NCBI GenBank assembly: GCA_947651395.1
Contig: CANSYW010000010.1
Span: 3,182-67,181, forward strand
DNA length: 64,000 nucleotides
Direction: 5' to 3'
Source of the DNA: an uncultured Pseudoflavonifractor sp.
Lineage (GTDB): Bacteria; Bacillota; Clostridia; Oscillospirales; Oscillospiraceae
Positions within the stretch are counted from its first letter, which is position 1, and each line of letters opens with the position of its first letter. The notes beneath the pieces were generated by a model. That model made no database searches, was not told the origin of the DNA, and worked only from the letters and a program-made list of their open reading frames with translations. This document shows, piece by piece, positions 55,590 through 64,000 of the stretch. Position numbers and translations under genes: made by a program.

Positions 55590-56762
55590 ATGGACAAGGA
55601 TCCCGCCAAGAAAAAGAACCCCCTCTTCCGCCTTCTGGCCTTTTTACTTACCGCTGCCCTCCTGTTGGGGGCCGTGTTTCTCATCGCCAACTGGCAGAAG
55701 CTGAACTTTGACTTCATCCGCCGCTACTTCACCTACCGCGCCCTGGAGCGAAACGCCAGCGGTCAGGTGGAGTCCTTCTCCTATAACGGCGGCGCCTCCA
55801 GCGCCTTCGCCCAGTTGGGCGACGATCTTCTGGTTTGCTCCGGCAGCGGCGTGTGGCTCTATTCCACAACCGGCGGCCTGTTCATCGAGGAATCCTGCGC
55901 CCTGGCCCATCCGGTGGTGACCGCGGTGGGGACCACCGGCCTTGTCTACGACGCCGGAGGCAGCGAGCTCTATGTCTATCGGGATCGGGAGCGGGTGTTC
56001 ACCCTCTCCACCGAGGCCAACCGCTCCATCCTCTCCGCCAGCCTCTCCCGCCAGGGCCTTCTCACCGTGGTGACCCAGGCCAGCGGACTGAAGGGTTCTG
56101 TGACGGTATATGACGCCTCCTTTCAGCCCCGTTGGGGGGTAAATCTCTCCTCCCGGTTTATCACCGACGCCATCCTCTCCCCCGACGGCTCCACGCTGGC
56201 CCTGGCCACCGCGGGCCAGACCGGGGGACTTTACGACAGCCAGATCGCCTTCTACTCCGCCGAGCGTGCCAACGCCGACGGCCCAACCCCCGATGCGGTG
56301 TGTTCTCTGGGCAACAACACCGTTCTGGCCCTGGACTGGACGGAGAGCACCCTGCGTGTTCTGGAAGAGGACGCCCTGGCCCTGGTGGATCGCAGCGGGA
56401 CCCTCATCGCTTCCTACTCCTACGCCGGCCAATATCTCAAGGGCTATTCCCTCTCCGGCAACGCTTTCAGCTCCCTGCTGCTGGGCCGGTACCGGGCGGG
56501 GACCGGCGCCCAGCTGGTGACGGTGGACGACAAGGGGCAGGAGCTCTCCTCCCTCCCCCTCACCGATCAGGTCATCTCTCTGTCCTCCGCCGGACGGTAT
56601 CTCTCCCTGCTCACCCCCGACGGCCTGTCCATCTATACCCAGACCCTGGAGCCCTATCACCACATGACCGCCACCCAGGGCGTACGCAAACTTCTTCAGC
56701 GGGAGGACGGCTCCGTGTTCCTCATCTCCGCCGAGACCGCCCGCCTCTATCTCCCGGATTAA
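55590..56762 (+). CDS. DUF5711-like membrane-anchored beta-propeller protein
   Basis: N-terminal TM then repeated beta-strand blades (ILSPDG.TLA); upstream of CvpA. Confidence 0.65.
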   Translation: MDKDPAKKKNPLFRLLAFLLTAALLLGAVFLIANWQKLNFDFIRRYFTYRALERNASGQVESFSYNGGASSAFAQLGDDLLVCSGSGVWLYSTTGGLFIEESCALAHPVVTAVGTTGLVYDAGGSELYVYRDRERVFTLSTEANRSILSASLSRQGLLTVVTQASGLKGSVTVYDASFQPRWGVNLSSRFITDAILSPDGSTLALATAGQTGGLYDSQIAFYSAERANADGPTPDAVCSLGNNTVLALDWTESTLRVLEEDALALVDRSGTLIASYSYAGQYLKGYSLSGNAFSSLLLGRYRAGTGAQLVTVDDKGQELSSLPLTDQVISLSSAGRYLSLLTPDGLSIYTQTLEPYHHMTATQGVRKLLQREDGSVFLISAETARLYLPD

Positions 56763-56777
56763 AGAAAGGTTGGTATT

Positions 56778-57473
56778 ATGCCTATCGTTTTGGACATTCT
56801 TGTCATAGCGATCCTTATTCTCTTCGCTGTGCTGGGCGCTCATCGGGGCTTTGTCCTCACCCTGTGCTCCCTGGTGGCGGTCATCGTAGCCCTGGTCGGG
56901 GCCACAATGGTCTCCGACGCGCTGGCTCCCAAGGTGGCTCAGGCCCTCCAGCCCCGCATCGAGCGATCCATTCAGGAGAGTCTGGAGGAAAAGGCCCTGG
57001 AGGTCAGCTCCCAGGAGGGGCTGGACGCGGTCGACGCCCTGGCCGCCCTGCGGGAAAAGGGCGGGCTCTATGAATGGGCCGCCGACAGCCTGGAGGAGGC
57101 GCTGAACAACGTGCCGGGCACCGACGCCATCGCCCACCAGGCGGCTGTGGCCGCCACTGCCGTGGCCGAACAGCTGGCCCGGGGCGTCCTTTTCACCCTG
57201 GCCTTCCTGCTGATGCTCATCATCTGGTTCTTTGTGAGCCACGCTCTGGATCTGGTGGCCAGGCTTCCCGGTCTCAGCGCCCTCAACAACGCTTTGGGCG
57301 GCCTGCTGGGTTTTGTAAAGGGCCTGCTCATCGTCTGGCTCCTCAGCTGGATCCTGGGCCCCCTCACCGGCGTTCTCTCCCCCGAGCTCATCGCCCAGAC
57401 CCACCTGCTCCTCTTCCTCTCCCAGCACGGCCCCCTGGAGCTTCTCAAGCTGGGCACCTCCCTTGCCGCCTGA
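56778..57473 (+). CDS. CvpA-family membrane protein
   Basis: LDILVIAIL...G.HRGF, LNNALGGLLGFVKG. Confidence 0.85.
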   Translation: MPIVLDILVIAILILFAVLGAHRGFVLTLCSLVAVIVALVGATMVSDALAPKVAQALQPRIERSIQESLEEKALEVSSQEGLDAVDALAALREKGGLYEWAADSLEEALNNVPGTDAIAHQAAVAATAVAEQLARGVLFTLAFLLMLIIWFFVSHALDLVARLPGLSALNNALGGLLGFVKGLLIVWLLSWILGPLTGVLSPELIAQTHLLLFLSQHGPLELLKLGTSLAA

Positions 57474-57509
57474 CAGGAGAGGCCTGAATCCACAAAGGTG
57501 GTGTAACCA

Positions 57510-58034
57510 ATGAACCTTCCCAATGCCCTGTCCCTGCTCCGGCTTTGCCTGGTGCCGGTGTTCGCCTGGGTCTACTTTCTCCCCCAGCCCGACGCCCACC
57601 TGTGGGCCGCTCTGGTCTATGCCGCCGCCTTTGCCACCGACGTCGCCGACGGCTATATCGCCCGACGCTTCAGCCTGATCACCAAGCTGGGCCGCATTCT
57701 GGACCCCCTGGCCGACAAGCTTATGACCTTTACGGTCATTACCTGTATCGCCGCAGACGGTATTCTCCCCTTCTGGGCGGTGGCGGTCTTCTTCTGCAAG
57801 GAGGCCGCCATGGGGCTGGGCGGACTCTATCTCTACCGTCAGATCAGGGATATGCCCCCCTCCAACTGGCTTGGAAAGTCCTCCACCGGCGTCTTCTTTG
57901 TGGTGCTGGCCCTTCTGGTGCTCTTCCCCGTCCCGCGCCCCTGGGCCGTCGGGCTCATCACGCTGGCCCTGGCCCTGGCGATCGCCGCGCTGCTGCGCTA
58001 TGCCGCCCAATGCTTCCAGCTGGTCAGGAAATGA
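57510..58034 (+). CDS. CDP-alcohol phosphatidyltransferase (PgsA-like)
   Basis: NLPNALSLLR, TDVADGYIAR...GRILDPLADK. Confidence 0.93.
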   Translation: MNLPNALSLLRLCLVPVFAWVYFLPQPDAHLWAALVYAAAFATDVADGYIARRFSLITKLGRILDPLADKLMTFTVITCIAADGILPFWAVAVFFCKEAAMGLGGLYLYRQIRDMPPSNWLGKSSTGVFFVVLALLVLFPVPRPWAVGLITLALALAIAALLRYAAQCFQLVRK

Positions 58035-58198
58035 CAGCTCTTTCAAATTAGGGTGCGAACTACCAGGGAAAAATCCCTGTTTCTTCATACCCAGTTCATA
58101 ATTTCGACGTAGAATAACTTGCTCAGGGGGCCGGCCCTTCAAACGCCGCCCCCGGCCCACCGGAAGAAAAACCTCCGGCCTAAAGGAGTTGACCGAAC

Positions 58199-60766
<2,568 letters not shown>

Positions 60767-60794
60767 GGCCCCCCACTTTGCCGCCGCATCCATA

Positions 60795-60833
60795 AAAAAC
60801 AGCCTGGAGCCGTACGGCTCCAGGCTGCTTTTT
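60795..60833. terminator. Bidirectional terminator
   Basis: cagcctggagcc-gtac-ggctccaggctg with A and T tails. Confidence 0.85.
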
Positions 60834-60847
60834 GCCTTTCATATCCC

Positions 60848-63800
60848 TCAGTACACCAGGGCGATATTCTCCCGTGTCAGCTCCATCCAGGTCACATTCT
60901 CCTTGGCCGCCTGGACGGCATGGGCCGCCTCGAATTCGGCGGCGGCAGCGGGCAGCTGCTCCACGTAGTAGAGCTCCTCCTCCCCGCTTTCCTCGCACCA
61001 GGAGATATCCCGGGTCTTGCCGGAGGAGAAGTCCAGCCGCCCCCAGCCCCAGTGGAAGGCGCCCCCCGACCAGCCATAGGTACCGTCGGTCTTCAGGCTC
61101 TCCAGCTCCAGGGAGCGGTAGCCCATGGGGTAGCCGCAGACCCAGCCGTTCTGGTAGTGGAGGACGATGCCGCCCAGCACATATTCATTGTCCCCCCGCT
61201 CCAGCCACAGCACCGCCTCCGGAATGGCGTCGTTATCCATATCCAACTCCGTAAAGCGGAATACCTTCACGGGTACGTCGTCGCTGAAGGGCAGGGCGTC
61301 GGCGTAGCAATACTCCCCCGTCTCCACGTTGTAGAAGGTGGCCTCCCCCAGGAGAACGGCGCGCAGGGCGGCGGGAATGTGCTGATCCCCGGCGTAGAGC
61401 AACTCCACCGGATCCACCACGGAGAAGTCGCTGTACTTCCACTCCACGTCGTTGATGGGATTGATGTACTGACCCTTTTCCTGCCAGGCAAAGACCAGGG
61501 AATACCGGCCATCACTCTCCCCCACCGGGCCCAGGCCGCCTCCCCGAAGGGTCTGCTCCCCCTCGGCGACCCATACATTGCTCAGATGTCCGTAGCTGGT
61601 TACGATCCCGCTGCCGTGATCCACAGACACCGTATAAAAGCCGCTGCCCGGATCCTTCCGGACGGCGCTCACGGTGCCGGCGGCCACACTCTGGGCCCAG
61701 CCGCCATAAGGGAACAGCAGGCTGACCCCGTCAAGGCCGTCCTGGCCGAACATCCGCAGTACCACGTCCTGGCCCTGGCCCGTCCCAGGCACCGGCCAGA
61801 GATAGCCGGTGGAGCGGGTGACACCGGACAGATCCAGATCCTCCCCGGTAATGCTCTCCGCCGCCTCCAGCAGCTCCAGATAGTCTCCGCTAAACCAATC
61901 CTCCCGATAGGGAAGGGTGGTCATGGTGTAGACAATACCGTTTTGCTCCTTCAGGACGGTATCGCCCTCGTAGCCGTTGGCCCGGAAAGTCTCGGCGTCC
62001 TGGGCAAAGAGGGTGAAGAGGAAACCGCTGCCGCTGGGCCCGGCGTAACTGTCCCTGTGATAAAAGCTCCAGCAGGGCAGGCCGCTGGCATTATAATCCC
62101 GCTGGATCAGATATTGCCCCTCAAAGCTCCGGGGCAGATGGAGGATAAAGCCCCAGTCGGGGGAGACATAGTCGGCGTGGGCGGGCAGCTTCTCCGGGGT
62201 GAGCAGGCGGTTCTCCTCCCACCAGGTCTCCCCCATGCGGACGATCTCCAGGGCGTCCAGGGTGCCGCCTCCCTCAATAAGCCCGTTCACCGCCAGAGCG
62301 GCCAGGGTGCCGTCGGAGCAGACCAGGGCGTTGCTCCACAGGGAATAGGTGTGGGTGGGCTGGTACATGCCCCGGTCAAAGATCCGGGCGGGGTCGGCGG
62401 GCTCCAGAGGCTCCGGCCCCGGGTCGAAGGGCCCGTCCAGCTCCTCCACGGCGCGGTTTTCCACATCGTAGCGGTAATAGCGTCCTCCCTGTCCCCCCTC
62501 GGCGTCGCAGTCGGAGAACCAGACCGCCCCGTCCTGATAGCGCACGTCCACCGTGTCCATCACCCGCCCGCCCCAGGTCTGGTCACAGCGGAAGGTCTGC
62601 CTTGTCTCGCCTGCTCCGTAGTCAAAATAGAGGGCGGTCTGGGTGTGATAGACCAGGAATTGGGTCTGCGGATCATAGAAATCCAAGTGGGGCATGGTGT
62701 TCTCGGTGAGGGCCTGAACCGTCTCGGAACCTGCCCCCTCCTCATCCTCTTGGCTCACCATGGCCCAGGAAAGGCGAACAATCTGCCCGTTCTCCACCTC
62801 TACCACCAGATAGTCGGTACCCAGAGAGATGGCGTTTCGGCGCATGGGCCAGTCCAGAAGGTCGGCCACCGCCTGCTGCCACGCCTGTGTCCCCCGCTCC
62901 CCGGCGCTTTGATCCTCCCCCCACCAGGATTGGCGCAGCATCAGATTCTCGGACAGGGGCAGGGTATGCTCCCCCAGGGCGGGGCCGCTGGGGCCCGTCT
63001 CGTCATAGCGGTAAAGGATAGCCTTGATATGCTCATAGTCCTCCCCCTCGGCGTCGGGCTCTCCCAGGGGCCAGGTGACCTCGCTGAACAGGGCGCAGTA
63101 AGTCCCGTCGGCCAGACCGCTCTCCGCCTCCGGCGCCTCCCGGCAGGCCACCAGGCCGGAGAGCAGCACCGCCGCCGCCAGCAGGACGCACACCAGGGCA
63201 CGGCTGCGCTTGCCGGGACGGAAGAGCTGGGTCAGCCGGCTCTTCATCTGCTCCATCCCGCCGCCGAAGCTGGTGGTAAAGGGCAGCTCCCGCCCCGTCC
63301 CCGCGGCGGAGAGGAGCAGCTCGCCGTAAGAGCGCCGATAGTCCGCACCCTGCCCCGCCACCACGGCGGCGTCACAGCAGGCCTCCACGTCCCGGTCGGC
63401 CGTGCGGGCCATACGCCACACCAGGGGGTTGAACCAGTGGAGGGCGCAGGCGAGCAGGAGCAGGGTCTTATACCCCACGTCCCGGCGCTTGATGTGGTAA
63501 AGCTCATGGCGCAGCGCCGCCGGGGCCAGCCCCTGGGGCGGCAGCAGCACCAGAGGACGAAAAACCCCTAAGGTCATAGGCCCGGAGATACCCTCACATT
63601 CATAGAAGGCCACCCTTCCCTCCAGCCCCAGCTCCCGGGCATAGCACTCCAGCCCGGACACCAGCCGGGCCTGCCGGAGAAGCCGGCGGCGGAGGAGCCC
63701 ATAGCGTGCCCCCTGCCACAGCAGGACGGCGGCCATCCCCCCGAGCCACACCCCGGCGGCCAGCAGGACGAGGGAAAGTCCGCCGCTCTGGGCCGCCTCC

Positions 63801-64000
63801 CTCTGGGGCTGGGACGGGCCGGCGGGTTGAGCCTGTGCCCCAGGCTGGGCCGGAGCGATCCCCTGACCCTGCCCCGCCCCAACGGGGACCTGGCCTCCGG
63901 CGGTGGCTTCCTGCGGGCTCTTGGCGCCGCTCTGCGCCGGAGCGTTGACCGGGCTCTGGAGCCCGGCGGCCGGGCGGGCCGGGAGGCTCACGGTGTAGGC
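60848..64000 (-). CDS. BlaR1/MecR1-like M56 metallopeptidase with large extracellular region (5'-truncated)
   Basis: GPMTLGVFRP, HELYHIKRRD, LHWFNPLVW, EACCD, KSRL; frame open to the window edge. Confidence 0.92.
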   Translation of the reverse strand, partial: AYTVSLPARPAAGLQSPVNAPAQSGAKSPQEATAGGQVPVGAGQGQGIAPAQPGAQAQPAGPSQPQREAAQSGGLSLVLLAAGVWLGGMAAVLLWQGARYGLLRRRLLRQARLVSGLECYARELGLEGRVAFYECEGISGPMTLGVFRPLVLLPPQGLAPAALRHELYHIKRRDVGYKTLLLLACALHWFNPLVWRMARTADRDVEACCDAAVVAGQGADYRRSYGELLLSAAGTGRELPFTTSFGGGMEQMKSRLTQLFRPGKRSRALVCVLLAAAVLLSGLVACREAPEAESGLADGTYCALFSEVTWPLGEPDAEGEDYEHIKAILYRYDETGPSGPALGEHTLPLSENLMLRQSWWGEDQSAGERGTQAWQQAVADLLDWPMRRNAISLGTDYLVVEVENGQIVRLSWAMVSQEDEEGAGSETVQALTENTMPHLDFYDPQTQFLVYHTQTALYFDYGAGETRQTFRCDQTWGGRVMDTVDVRYQDGAVWFSDCDAEGGQGGRYYRYDVENRAVEELDGPFDPGPEPLEPADPARIFDRGMYQPTHTYSLWSNALVCSDGTLAALAVNGLIEGGGTLDALEIVRMGETWWEENRLLTPEKLPAHADYVSPDWGFILHLPRSFEGQYLIQRDYNASGLPCWSFYHRDSYAGPSGSGFLFTLFAQDAETFRANGYEGDTVLKEQNGIVYTMTTLPYREDWFSGDYLELLEAAESITGEDLDLSGVTRSTGYLWPVPGTGQGQDVVLRMFGQDGLDGVSLLFPYGGWAQSVAAGTVSAVRKDPGSGFYTVSVDHGSGIVTSYGHLSNVWVAEGEQTLRGGGLGPVGESDGRYSLVFAWQEKGQYINPINDVEWKYSDFSVVDPVELLYAGDQHIPAALRAVLLGEATFYNVETGEYCYADALPFSDDVPVKVFRFTELDMDNDAIPEAVLWLERGDNEYVLGGIVLHYQNGWVCGYPMGYRSLELESLKTDGTYGWSGGAFHWGWGRLDFSSGKTRDISWCEESGEEELYYVEQLPAAAAEFEAAHAVQAAKENVTWMELTRENIALVY

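Noticed and set aside
58035-58198. Heat-shock operator (CtsR or CIRCE) or ncRNA upstream of the Clp ATPase
   Set aside because: No GTCAAA direct repeats or TTAGCACTC inverted repeat; only short hairpins.

Overview
GC-rich chromosomal window, by eye from an anaerobic spore-forming Clostridia member that looks Oscillospiraceae-like (inferred from gene content and codon style). Most of it is core genome: a CAT-family acetyltransferase coupled to rimM-trmD, degV, rnfCDGEAB, ilvBNC/ilvD/ilvA, xpaC-telA-TPM-DUF975, rpe-recR, rsmA, spoIIGA-sigE...sigG, rpmG-secE-nusG-rplKAJL, mgtE, ecfA1A2T-truA, a Clp ATPase and a 5'-truncated BlaR1/M56 protein. Small accessory regulator cassettes are interspersed (PadR-DUF2812, WYL-zinc ribbon, two ECF/anti-sigma pairs, an XRE switch, TetR, two MATE pumps). 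No tRNA, rRNA, CRISPR array, transposase, integrase or phage genes were recognised. The most notable signals are: (1) ~110-130 nt structured intergenic elements, two of which are diverged relatives with compensatory changes, one flanked by a perfect 36-bp duplication of the ilvC 3' end; (2) a putatively exported protein with eight C-x3/4-C-x4-H-x-H-type repeats and a Fur-box-like operator, lying with a Nik/Dpp-type ABC transporter between sigE and sigG; (3) a riboswitch-like terminator/antiterminator leader before a frameshifted MATE gene; (4) a WYL regulator reading in frame through its putative operator into a zinc-ribbon gene. All assignments come from motif recognition by eye; no database searches were run.
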